DNA of 64,000 nucleotides from Epiperipatus broadwayi (GCA_028023455.1 JAQFVV010000001.1:2108001-2172000), one strand, 5' to 3'. Shown: positions 47,766-60,084, counted from the first letter of the stretch. Notes: generated by a model from the letters alone, not told the origin. Numbers and translations: made by a program.

Positions 47766-48755
47766 AACAATTCAAAATAGAACAAAACTCTCCATATAGT
47801 AGTGCCATCTTGTGCTAACAAGAGCAATCAATGGATGCCAGAAGGCTTGTGCATAAAATCCCTATCTAGTGCCTACTCATCCAATATCCCCAGACTAGTT
47901 TCTGGCTTGTGGCCTTCATCAGTGAGGAGCCTTGGATCTGAGAGCACTGCACCTAGATCTTAGGATCTAATGCAACCCACCAGCACCCACCTTTTAACTC
48001 TATTTAACTACAAAACTATGAGAATGAAATTGAAAACACTATTAATATTTTCAATCCAAGCTCAATAGCTTATATAGTCATATGGGTCTAAACTCAATTC
48101 AGTACCCATACATTTTGGTGTCTTTGGCTCTTTAACAACCATAGCCACCACTATCCTATTAGGCAGGATTGGTGTTAAACCACTAAACATCACACAATCA
48201 CCATCTCATACTATTGTTCTATTTTGAATTGTTTAATAACAATTATTGTGCTAGTATGAGATGGTGATCGTGTGATGTTTAGTGGTTTAACACCAATCCT
48301 GCCTAATAGGATAGTGGTGGCTATGGTTGTTAAAGAGCCAAAGACACCAAAATGTATGGGTACTGAATTGAGTTTAGACCCATATGACTATATAAGCTAT
48401 TGAGCTTGGATTGAAAATATTAATAGTGTTTTCAATTTCATTCTCATAGTTTTGTAGTTAAATAGAGTTAAAAGGTGGATGGTGGAGGGTTGCATTAGAT
48501 CCTAAGATCTAGGTGCAGTGCTCTCAGATCCAAGGCTCCTCACTGATGAAGGCCACAAGCCAGAAACTAGTCTGGGGATATTGGATGAGTAGGCACTAGA
48601 TAGGGATTTTATGCACAAGCCTTCTGGCATCCATTGATTGCTCTTGTTAGCACAAGATGGCACTACTATATGGAGAGTTTTGTTCTATTTTGAATTGTTT
48701 AATAACAATTATTGTGCTAGTATGAGATGGTGATCGTGTGATGTTTAGTGGTTTA
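47766..48755 (+). mobile_element. HHR fold-back retroposon family, copy 9 (largest and youngest)
   Basis: 451-bp inverted arms at 47763-48213 and 48252-48702 (about 5 mismatches); 77-bp direct repeat at 48214-48290 and 48680-48756; 13-bp TSD AATTACTAGATTA at 47753-47765 and 48756-48768. Confidence 0.95.
48527..48587 (+). ncRNA. Minimal type I hammerhead ribozyme (mirror copy on the minus strand at ~47879-47937)
   Basis: ATCCAA-GGC-TCCTCA CTGATGA A-GGC-CACAA-GCC-A GAAA C-TA-G TC TGGGGA-TA-TTGGAT. All core nucleotides present, palindromic stem III (ACTAGT), GUC triplet with predicted cleavage after 48572; the 10.1-11.1 position is an A-A mismatch. Confidence 0.75.
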
Positions 48756-50169
48756 AATTACTAGATTAGTTGCATTTTCATTCAATATTCAAAGGCAAAG
48801 ATGAGGTATTATTTCATTTACTGAATGTTATCTATCACAGAAAGTCTATAAGTATCAACATTCAAGGAACATTTGTAATTTAGGGGTTTTGATATTTGTC
48901 ATTATAATTTTTATTTGAAATATTTTTTTGTAAATTAAAAGCAAATAAAAAAGATATAAGAAAATAATCTTTGAATTTTATCAGGTATATCATCAAATAT
49001 AGATTTTTAATTTAATAATCACCTTGAAGAGTATTATATCCAGTTTTTTGATATGCAAAAAAAAAAAAAGAAATTAAAGTTTTTACTATTAAAGATGTTC
49101 ATTACGCATAGAGAAGTAAAAGACTCATTATACAGATTTGCACAAAAATATTTTTAAACTGATGAAGTTATTATATTGATTTTTATAAGGAATTGGATTT
49201 TAAACTGAGTAAATGTATTTTTGTATGTAAAAGAAGATGAATATTTCATCCCTTTATTTAAGTTCTGCACTTTGTGGTGTTTAAGGGATTCTAGAATTTA
49301 AGGCTCATGCATTGAATCCCATTACTGAGCTTTAATTTCTCATGACTCAATTCACTTTTATACTCTTTATTCTTCCTTTTTTTTTTTTTTTGGAATGTTC
49401 ATTTTTGAAATATTACTTTGTAGATGCTTTCCGAGCTACTTTTTACCATTCTCATGAAAGTGGGGGGACGGGACCTTCTACTGACAGTATTTTTACCATA
49501 AAAATAATAATATTGAACTGTTTGTCTAATTGTATAATATAAATAGTATTAAAATAAAAAAAAATGGAAAGTTTCATTTATAGAGAACCTATAGAGATGA
49601 CTCTCATTAAATCATACTGACTATTGTAAAATCACAACAAAACATTTTCTAATAATAATTTGTTCTACATTATTGCCTTAAAAGTGTGAAACATTTAATG
49701 GGTATCAGATTGTCAGACTATTTTTTGACTATTGATCTTCAATAGTGAGAAGCACTGGATTGTATCCATCCATCTATTAATTATCATTGTTCCTGTTGTA
49801 CTATTCAAGCGCTATCACAGTGCTTTTCACTAATGCACGCTAACTACGGATGACTGGGGCAGAGAAATGTAGAATAGATTGCTTTTAACACAAATATTAA
49901 ATCTAAGCTATGAAAGTTGTCTAATTTTTTTTGTTTTAATATTTACTATTTTTATGCCAAAAATTCGAGAATATCTAATCATTGATATATAACTGTGTTG
50001 ATATAGTATCAGGCCATAATTAAGTTAACTTGTTTTGATCTTTAAAGTAACTTGAATAACAAAACAGAAATGAAAATGGCTGCTTAATGGATCTGAGAAA
50101 TTCAATAAATCCTCTCTGAAGGCAGAAATTAGTTCAGGATTTAATTTGAATTATTATCTACAGTACTTT

Positions 50170-51020
50170 TAGTAATCATTTTCAACCATTATTATTCCAC
50201 TTCAAGATGAAGATTTCACAAAAATTTAATTTAGTTTTTTAATCCACACGCTGTCCACATCATTCCAGAAAATTTTTTATTTTTTTCCAGCTACTGTGAT
50301 CTTTTTTTTAGTTTAATATTTCAACTGTCCATTTGTTGTTATTCTTCTAATAATATGTCCAGCCTAATTCCATTTCATTCTCTTAATTCTTTTGATGTTA
50401 GTTGTTTGTTTACTCATACACATATTTCATTTTACATCTCTTATTATTATTCCTAATATAGATATCCAAACTTCTTTGTTTGGTCTGAAATCTGTATTGA
50501 TCTTCTGTTGAGTACTCAAGATTTGGATCCATATAAGAATTTGTAAAATATAACAAAAATCTTCATTTTCAAATACATTGACATTTTTTCTTTTAAAATT
50601 ATTTTTACCAAAAGCACTCCATCTGTATTAATAATCTGACTAAGGTATTTGTAGTTGGTAGTTTCTTATTCATTACTATTAATGTTCAGTTTTTTTTGAG
50701 AGATGTCATTGAATATTAGTCTTTTTAGCATTTACCTTTAGTCTTATACTATTTTACATTCTTCTGATCTACCTCCCAACATTTCCTAAAGCTCTGAAGC
50801 ATTATTTGCAAAAATAATATCATTATCTGCAAAAATATAGATGATTTAAATATTTTCTATGTGTTCTTATTCCCTTAGATTTCCATTTATATCCACAAAA
50901 TATTTTTGGCAAAATTACTGAATCACTTTTGGAGATATGGATTGACTTTGTCATACATTAATTTAAATATTAATCTTAAAATCACCATATAATCTAATTA
51001 TTGCATTTTGATATTCTTCA
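50170..51020 (-). mobile_element. Old, decayed RTE family 2 fragment
   Basis: The reverse complement aligns loosely with 19090-20010 (..GCAGATAATGAT.., AAATACCTTAGTCAGATTATT, GCTGGACATATT, 3' GGTTGAAAATGAT). Confidence 0.8.
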
Positions 51021-52009
51021 GACTATGACAATGTCTTAGGTCTATATCTTTTGAAGTATGTGAAATGATGTTTAAAATGGTGATATTAATTAATCATGTT
51101 CATGTAAGTGATTCTTAAGAATGAAGTGTGTTATTATATTCATTTAAAATCCAAGAATAGTTTAGAGTCTTCTGCAGGAGAAAGTCATCAGCATTCTCTC
51201 ACAGAAGAACAGTATAGAAAATATTTGTCATTAAGTTAATCATCTGGATGTTTCTTAATTTTTATTCTTTGATTTATCTTTTAGCTAACAATGACCTGAT
51301 ATCTACATATTGATAAACATATAAATATGAGACTGGAAATTCAAATCATAGACATGACAAGTAGATATCCCCTGATATCTTCATAATTCCATATATTATA
51401 GCGTAGTTCATTCTATGGTGTATAAATTCATATCTTAAACAAGCTTACTTATATGATGTAAATACTCTAATTTTAAAACTTATTATACAGTATATGATGA
51501 GATCCGTTTATTATTAAATTATTTTGTAGTAAAATTTATCTGTGTTTGATCATGTTTTCAGTTTGTTTGTTTGATGTTAACATTCGTGAGACATTTCAGA
51601 ATAATGTTTGGCAGTTAGTGATGCAAATAACATTTTGCTCAAATTCTTAAAAAAATTCTTTTTTTTTTCCATTACTTATAACCACCACAAAATTTAATTC
51701 TACTATGTGATTGTTTATATTACTATTCTGAAAATAATTACATGAATTCTGATGTAGAATTGATCATCCACCATATAATCTGCTCGTGCTATAAGATCTG
51801 ATCATGGTGAATGTTTATTAATTAGAATTATCTTTTTTAATAACTAAACTTAATGAGCTCATGTAGATTCAAAAAATTTCAAATCTGGTTAATGTAGTGT
51901 CATATTTTAAAATATATGAAGCAATTGATGATGTTTAAAATGTTGGTAACCATGACAGAAAAAGGAATTAATTTTATTATAAATTGTTAGCAAGAAACTT
52001 TAAAATAGG

Positions 52010-53425
52010 TTTTCATTCCGAATGCTAATACAATTGATTAAATAGTAGTATTCAGGACACATATTCTCTCTAGAAAACGTACATATATATATAAAATTAA
52101 ATAGCATTTTATAAAGTATTAACTAATATTGTAGCATAGCAAAGTTAACTATCAAATAATATAGATTGAAAGTTCTTTTTTAATTTTGACATCTCTTACT
52201 AGATGTCAGTAGCTCTCAATTAAAGAAATTAACTTTTAATGTTTAGTATTTCCTACTTGAAATTGTATAAAATAAGAAAATTGTCTTTAATAAGAAATAA
52301 ATTTCTGAATTAAAAGTTACAAAATAAGTAAATTGACGCGGTTTCTGTAAAGAATTATAAGATTTATTAGAAATTAATTATTTTTAAAGATAAAAAAAAA
52401 TTCAAGTAATAATATTTTAAGTGAGCTTTGCAACAAATGAAACTGATTGGACTGATTATAACTATTTTTTTTTCTAGAGGAAGCTAATACTATTTTCAAG
52501 TATATTTATTAACGTGTAATATGAGTACATTTATTGACTTAGCTTATATGATCTGTAAGTTCATGTAAATGTATGAGTACAATACTTAAATTTCTTATTA
52601 TCTCGTAATTTTTCAAAATTAACGATTACACTTTGTCACTGGTCTTTTATTACCTCGATATAGTTTGTTCAAGAAATGATAAAATCCCTGCCCATATACG
52701 TATTCTCTACATTATAATGTATTTTCACTGTAGCTTTTTTTTTCTACTTCAGTCCATCTATTAAAAGATTGAGTGATCAGATGTACTGTAGCTTCTCCTT
52801 AAACAGAGTCAAGAATCTCAACTAAGTGATAGTGCTGCTATCTATCAAATAATGATAAAACTTTTTTAAATCCGAATTTTTGTTAATCAGTATTTATTAG
52901 GTACAATTAATGCATAGATTTATTTATTCTTAATAAAACTATTATTTATTTAGAATTCGAATTATGGTCTTTGATATATTATTAAAAAATAATAGCTTCC
53001 TAATTTTAATTAATTTTAGTAAGTTTTATCTTCAAAAAAAAAAAGTCTAAAAATCATGTGGAATCTTTTTATATTTACGTTATATGTGTGTGTGTTTGTT
53101 TTGGTTATTAATCCATTCATATTACATTTCGTTTTTGTGATTATCAGATTAAATCACATTTCTTGCCTTTTTGATTAACAAATTTAGTTTCTAACCGTTG
53201 TATTTTCACGTATCGAAATCATTTCCAACACGCTCATTATCGTCGTATAAAAGATTGAGTATATGAACTTTTTTTTTTCCGAGCAAAAAACGGACATTTA
53301 AATAATTGAGGTGAGATTCCAACTTCCAAAATTTTTAACTATGTTTTCAGAATAAGAATTATTTACCTATCTAATACTTGAAATCGCCCATATGCACGAA
53401 ATTTGAAATTAAATTAAGACCGCAT
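52010..53425. promoter_or_regulatory. Second CpG-retaining island
   Basis: About 24 CG counted by eye in 1.4 kb of very AT-rich DNA; contains a possible exon at 52478-52554 (TTTTTTTTTCTAG| ... |GTAAGT). Confidence 0.45.
52773..52822 (-). mobile_element. ~50-bp 3'-end fragment of the esterase LINE
   Basis: GATGTACTGTAGCTTCTCCTTAAACAGAGTCAAGAATCTC matches 36621-36660. Confidence 0.85.
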
Positions 53426-54899
53426 TAAAAAGCTTGAAGTAGTTAATAAATTGTAGAATTTAAAATTCTTTATTAAGAAAAAAATATTGTAAATTAATAT
53501 AAATTGTATAGATATGGGGTATTTTAAAACATTCTGAGCAATTTAGCTTAGAGGGAAGAGTAGCATGTTGGAGCTAAATGTTTTTGGATTGATTCTCAAT
53601 TGAAGAAAGTACAAAAAAAAACTTATTGTCTGCCAACAAAAAATATTGGGCTCAACATATAACAGGACTCATTTATCAAGACATCCTAAGTAATTAAGTA
53701 CTCTGATAAATAAGGCATCTTTAAATCCATGAATTAAATTATGAAAAAGTATTATATTGACTTTATAAGATACACCTTTACCTTGCTTAATAAGGGCAAT
53801 TGCCCAAAAACTCATTGTAAAACTGAAATATATGAGACAAAGGTTTATAATGGTTGTCTGTAGGGAAAAAATTAGTTTGTTACAGCAGATAAAAATTATG
53901 AATATTGCATTAACAAACAGCTTGACCTAGTGTAATATTCATTCTACACATATATAAATTGCACATAAATATAAAATCATTAGATTAATGTTTTTTATTC
54001 TTTCTAAAATTATTGGTCTCATTATAATGAATTTTCAGTCTTATAATCAAATGGATATTGCCGTAGAATTTTTTATCAATACTATGAAATGACCATTTCA
54101 AAAAATGTATTCAATATATATTATATAAAGTTTCTTGATATAGTGTTCATATTAATTATAATAAATAATAAAAATTATACAACAGCTATAAAAATATAAA
54201 AAGCCTTTTTGGCACATGGTTTCATGCCTTTTTCAAATGTTAATCACCTATTTTAATGTTAACCAATTATTGCAGATAGAACATCATCTAGTGTTCTATA
54301 ATAGAGGTAAAATAATAAAATAAAACATCAGTAAAATAAAATAAAATCTTCATATAGATATCCAATATAATTTCAAAGAATTGACTATATAAGAACAATT
54401 TACTGAATAAATAATATATACATTATATAACTTTATATATATATTCATATTGTAGTTACTAAAAAAAGAGCTGCTTTTGTTTAAATAAGGCAAGTTAATG
54501 GAAAAGAATAAAACAAGTCTAGATTAAATTTCATATATAACAATAAAAGTAGAAAAAGAAGGCATAAATTTATGCATGAAAATGAAGGGATAATAGAGTT
54601 AAAATAAAAGTAACAAAAATATGGAGTTTAATAAGCAAAGGAGAAGCAATATTTAAATCATACCAAGAAAATAAAATTTTTCTGTTTATTTATAACAACA
54701 GGAATTATTAAGAAGTTAAAAGTCTAAATAAAAATTGTTGAAAATCCACTTTCTGCTAAATAAATCATCAAAAATGGAACTAATAATTTTATAGCTTTTT
54801 TACTTAAAATTTGATATTTACCTTGAATTTATAAGAAATATTTAGGGAAATTATTTTGTTAATCTTTAAAAATTATTTCCTAACTCTTGTCTGTTGACA

Positions 54900-55850
54900 A
54901 TCAATCAATTTTTCTTCTAATTAAATTATTTTATTTATATTCTTTAAAGGGATTTATGACACATATCACCCAAATGAATATCATCTTTAGGTGGGAAATA
55001 ATGGATAAATTGTTATTTTACTTTTAATAAATGGTTTGGTATAACTTGAGACATATTGGAATTTTCCTGCTGAGTTATCATTTCGTCTTCAACTGTGCAA
55101 ATGATGGAAACATATTGAAATAATCCTGTTTAACCTTGTTTGAACAGAATTCAGTTATTTCAATAAAAGCTATTTTAATACTAAAAATAAAAAGATTAGA
55201 CTAATTTCCCTGCATTGACAAATTAAAGTTGTTCATTAGTAAAAATATGTCATCTAAGTAGGCAAATTTAGCAATCTATAAATGATTTCCAAAATATTCA
55301 CTTAATATTGACTTCTGGACCTTTAAAATATTTCAATTTCTATTAGTAGTTTGAACAAACGTCAGAATTTCCTCCCGTCAAATCCATATATGTAAGTATA
55401 ATAATATCAACTTTATGGGATGAACACATTTCATCACACATTACTTTAAAGACATGGATTTTTATAGCACTCTTCAATATAGTTTATTATCTGTGATTAA
55501 GAACTAAATGTAAATCTTCACTCCTGTTTTTGGTCTCTTTAAGTGTTCCAATGATTTTTTTCCTGATGAAAGAAAATAATGAGTTATTAATAAATCTGGT
55601 TGATCAACTTTCTTTAATCTGAGTGATCAACTATCTTTATGCACATTACTAAGCCCTTATTATTTTCTGCCATTCCACAGCACTATCTATCAAACAAATC
55701 TCAATATAAATATTCTTTGAAATGTTTTTTGTTGCAAAGTAGGAGTTGGTATTTTAAAAAATTTCTTCTGATATTCTGGATTCCAATTTAAAACAATTGT
55801 AATTCTCCCTCTACATTTTTAGATGTAACATCAACATAACTGATGTAAAT
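54900..55850 (-). mobile_element. Decayed hAT (Buster-like) transposase relic
   Basis: Minus strand: ..ITHYFL.., INYI..SAIK..VFKVMCDEMCSSHK.., REEILTF, AYLDDIFLLMNNFNLSMQGN, ..AF..YFNMFP. Confidence 0.7.
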
Positions 55851-55859
55851 TGCTGATAA

Positions 55860-56730
55860 GCTAAAATTAATAGCTGAGGTGAAACTTTAAGTTTATTATT
55901 AGTAAATTTCTATTTTATGGACTTAGCGCTTTCGGAGCCCTTGCAGCTCCATAATCATAGTTCTTTTTTTAGGCTGTTGACTCTATGCAAATGCATGCAA
56001 ATTACTTATAACATCCACCTTTTCGAAACTACGAAGCACGTGTTCTTTCTATTTATTGACCTGGCATCGCTGGTGATGTAACATGCCTCTTTGATCTTCC
56101 TCTTGACATCGTTTCTTTCTGTGCATACGATGTCGGCTTTAGATGGCTCAAATCTGTGGTTGTGCTCCTGTTGATGGTCAGCAAATACCAAGCTGCCCTC
56201 TCCCTTAGTTGTAGCTTTTGTATATATATATATCTATGCTGAGCCAGTCTATTGCTCACTGTGGCCCGAGTTTCCCCATAATAGACCGAATCACAACCTG
56301 TCTGCGGGCACACAATTTTATAAACAACATGGGGGGGGGTTTCTTCTATATTTCTTTTGTCTTTAGTATTGTTGATGAGCCTATTGGTGTTTGGAGGGTT
56401 CTGAATCCGAGTTTGAATTCCTTCTGTAATATTTTACTGAAATTTTTAGCTACTGCAGGTATGTATGGTATAGTTAGATGTTGTCTGTCATCTTTTGTGT
56501 TTTGTTGCAGTCTTTTATAAAAGCTTGCAATCCTTTTGGTTATTGTTTTATGATCAAAACCCACGCTTATTAAGTCCCTGATGTAGCTGGTGATGTTATT
56601 TTTATTATCTGACTCTAATTTGCACAGGTGGTGATTGCGAAATAAGAAGGCAGACAGCCCTGCAAGTTTGTGTGATTTAGGGGATTTTGAGAGCGGATGA
56701 AGGTAACCATGGACGCATAAGGGTTTAATT
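55860..56730 (-). mobile_element. 5'-truncated Penelope-like element: RT thumb, linker, GIY-YIG endonuclease and 3' HHR
   Basis: KPLCVHGYLHPLSKSPKSHK..GFDHKTI..LTIPYIP (56730-56346); CPQTGCDSVYYGETRATVSNRLAQH (GIY-YIG); FADHQQEHNH..RKIKEACYI..INR. Frameshifts at a G run and a (TA)n run. Confidence 0.85.
55919..55963 (-). ncRNA. Minimal hammerhead ribozyme with an A3-U8 covariant core
   Basis: GAACT ATGATTA T GGAGC-TGCAAGG-GCTCC GAAA GCGC TA AGTCC. Perfect 5-bp stem II, palindromic stem III AGCGCT, CUA triplet, stem I 4/5 paired. Confidence 0.7.
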
Positions 56731-57846
56731 ATCGTTAAAATAATATTTCATCATTTGATTTTCCCAATTCAATAGCATAATATTGAATTGCAATTAAATG
56801 TTATTGGATGAGTCAATTATCCATGACTGATAGTGTCGTTTGATGTGGGAGTAGCAATAATTTTTGCTTCAAATTCTTTATCAAATAATTCCCAACAAAT
56901 ATCTTTCATATAAATATTTCTCCAATGGTATATGCTTTCTTGCATTTTCAATATGAAAAATTGTCAAATAAGAACATTTCAATATTTTTTTAATCAGTAG
57001 ATACATATTTTGTTAAATCTATTTTAATTTATTACATTTTCTTAAAAATAAATCCCTTGGTTTATCTTTATATTAGTTGTGATTTGTTTCCAAATATTAA
57101 TTTATATTTTTTCTTTGTTAACCAATACATTTTCATATAATTCTATAATTAAAACACTTCAAACAATTAAAAGTCTCATTTTCCTCTTACTTATTTCATT
57201 TTCTTTTACAAAAGTAAATTTTTCTTGATAATTTTTCTTTTTCTAGTTTGAAGTATTGGGACTTTCAGCATTTTTGTTACCTGAATGTGTATGTAAGAGT
57301 TTTCTTTTTCTGTTATTCCAAAAAAAATTATTAATTTGCTTTGTTTACTCTTGATTAAGCAAGAAATGTAGGCTAAAAAAACAAAAAGGGGAATTTTCCA
57401 AAGTCTGTGCCTGCAGAAAAAAGGAGAAAGCTTCCAAGAAAGAAAAGCTTTAAAAATTAAAAAATAAAATAAAAATTTTGCATAAAAAAAAAAAATGGAA
57501 AAAATTGTAAAAGTGAAGTAGCAACTTTATTATCGAATTTCAACAAAATTCAAAACGTTAAAATTGAGAATGTAGCAAAATGATTGCCACATAATACTTA
57601 GTTAACAGAGAAATAAATAAAATATTTAAAAGGAATAATTCTTTTTAATTATTTGAATTGGTACAATAATATTTCAATTTCTTTTTTCATTTTGTTATAA
57701 CTTATTCTCAGTTTTTTACTAGGTTCACAACTCTATATTTAGATTAGGTTTGAAAATTAATTTGCTATTCCATAATAAGATGGTACAGTAAATATATTTA
57801 AATATAAATTACTATTAATAAATATTATTTATAAAGAAATAATGAT

Positions 57847-58049
57847 ATTCAGAGATAAAACTCTCCATACAGTATCACCCCTCAGTATATGATAGAGTAA
57901 TCAATGGTTGGGATTTTATGCACAAACCTTCCTGCATCCATTGCTTACTTTGGCTTGCACTGAGTGATGCTACTGTATGGAGAGTTTTGCCTCTGTATAA
58001 TCAGCTTGTGTACGCATAAAAATAGTGGTCATGTGATGTTTAGTGTTTT
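57847..58049 (+). mobile_element. HHR fold-back retroposon family, copy 10
   Basis: Inverted ~60-nt arm plus the sense 3' end; 13-bp TSD AAGAAATAATGAT at 57834-57846 and 58050-58062. Confidence 0.9.
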
Positions 58050-58199
58050 AAGAAATAATGATTATTAGAGATATTTCACTTGTTATTTTTTATTAAAATG
58101 TAAAGTTAAATACAGTAACAGCAAAACATAAGTCTTGACAGTAGATATAACTGAACTTAAGATTGCTATCATAAGTCAAGTGTAGAAAAATAGATAATG

Positions 58200-58418
58200 C
58201 ATGCATGGTTGTTCATCATGGTATGTTGTGCATCACTATTCAAAGCCTTGCAGCATGTATGTATCTGCTTACCAATGATTTGGGTTATTTACAGTGATAT
58301 GTTTGCCTTTTTTTAAAATATTTCACCCATCAAAGATGAATACTGACCGCTACTGTTTATATAATTTTTTTATTATTTCATGGTCTATAAAATGTGACCC
58401 AAAAGTTGAGAAATGCTG
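58200..58418. mobile_element. Possible decayed hAT MITE
   Basis: Right end GTGACCCAAAAGTTGAGAAATGCTG resembles a hAT TIR; left end unclear. Confidence 0.3.
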
Positions 58419-58647
58419 GTGTAAATAATAAAATATCAGTTTAAATTAGTCAATATTATACAACTTTTTACTAATGAAAATTACACATATTTGAATTCTG
58501 ATAACTAAAATATTGATTTGTTTACTTTTATGTAAAAATTAAATTGAAAATAAGTAATTATATCAAATGCAGAATATAACCACTGATATATAGTTTAAAG
58601 GAAATTGCCTTACTGATGATGGTTATAAACTGATGACTCATATATAT

Positions 58648-59511
58648 ATGAGAGAGGGCACCCCCCAAAAAAACCCCAAAAATCATTTTCTGGAGGGTAA
58701 GTGCATTCTAGTATATATTCTGCTTCTAGATGCATCTTGTGGGAAGCCCCTTTCCTTGCTTCAGTCTACTAACTCTTGTCATTGAGTAAAATCATGGTAT
58801 TGTATAATAAATGTTTCTGTTAAGCATGTCTTGCTTATTTGTCAATTTTTATAATGGCTGCAAAGTTGGAACAACTTGAAATTCTATTTTCTATTAAGGA
58901 AAATGGAAATGGAAATTTTTGTAATGCTTGAAACCATTTACAAATAATCTGCTTTGGGGAAGAACATGTTTATGAGTTGTTTAAAGGAAGGGTCAAATTG
59001 ACCATGTTTCCAAAAGATGGTGCTGATTTTTTTTTATGCAAATGTTTTTGTTCACTCAGAATTCTTTGTAACAATCAGATATTTTCCTTATAATTTCTGA
59101 AACATATGCTTAATAAAACAAAAATATCCTGATTTGTGGCAAAGTGGGAAGTCCAAGTTTCACTGCAATAACATACCAGTGCTCAAAACCTTGAGTGTGA
59201 AACAATTATTAATTAAAAATAGGATGATACATTTTATTCATGAGCCACATTTACTTGATTCTCACTCCATGTGACTTCTTTTTATTCCACCAAATGAAAA
59301 AATGGCTAAAAAAAAAAAAAAAGTGGACTTGGAAGTAGTGAAGGTGTTAAAAAGCATCATTATGTAAGACGTTCAGGATTACTTTGAAAGGTGGAAAACA
59401 TATTTAGACTGGAGTATTGCATCAAATGGGTATTACTTTGATGGAGATTCAATTTATAACACCTAAAAATAAATATAAAATTCTGAGATTTTTTTTGGAT
59501 ATCTCCTCATA
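58648..59511 (+). mobile_element. Internally deleted mariner relic
   Basis: TIR-like ends TATGAG..CCCCAAAAAAAC and GATTTTTTTTGGATATCTCCTCATA within TA runs; transposase remnants HEPHLLD-TPCDFFLFHQMK (resembling HPPYSPDLAPCDFFLF) and YFERWK..NGYYFDGD. Confidence 0.8.
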
Positions 59512-60084
59512 TATATATATATATACACACACACAGATAAGCTACTTTGAATAATATGCATTTCATCAATTTACCAAAAGATTAATTGATATTTGAATTT
59601 CAGTTAATTAAATTTAATTAAAATGGTTAATGATAATAATAATCAAACCTATTCTCTATATAACTGCTTATATAAGGTAGTCTGGTTATATTGGTCACTA
59701 TACATCAAATCCTATGTCAGAGGTCTTACTTAACATTCATAAATGTTTATTTGAATGTCCACGGTTTGAACTTCATTAATCCATATTCAAGACACCACTT
59801 CCTTCTAAGAAAGACCACTTATAAATATATTACCATTTGGCACTGTTTGGCTTAAAGCATGAATGCTCAGGGTCAATGAAGGATTATTATGAACGCATTG
59901 GAGATGAGACTATTGAGAGAAGAACATACAGACAACTCAATTTATGTTGGAAATTACTATAGACATTATTATTTTATGACTAATACAATAAATCAATAAA
60001 GAAAGAATATTAAAAATTAACTACAAATGTCAAAAGTAAATATATATATATATATTTATTTAAAGAAAATCTATATCAAGTTAT

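Noticed and set aside
51160-51200. Minus-strand CTGATGA followed by a hairpin
   Set aside because: No GAAA core or helix III.
54991-55391. Plus-strand host exon bounded by TTTAG| and |GTAAGT
   Set aside because: It has stops in all frames, and the minus strand gives clear hAT transposase motifs.
2351-58049. Main repeat family read as a TIR-bearing MITE
   Set aside because: The inverted repeats are asymmetric (one side lacks the ~55-nt tail), the inner junctions vary per copy, and TSDs are 11-14 bp of variable sequence, which fits retroposition.
58605-58640. CTGATGA-TGGTTATAAACTGA as a hammerhead
   Set aside because: No GAAA/UH half; the sequence runs into the mariner end.
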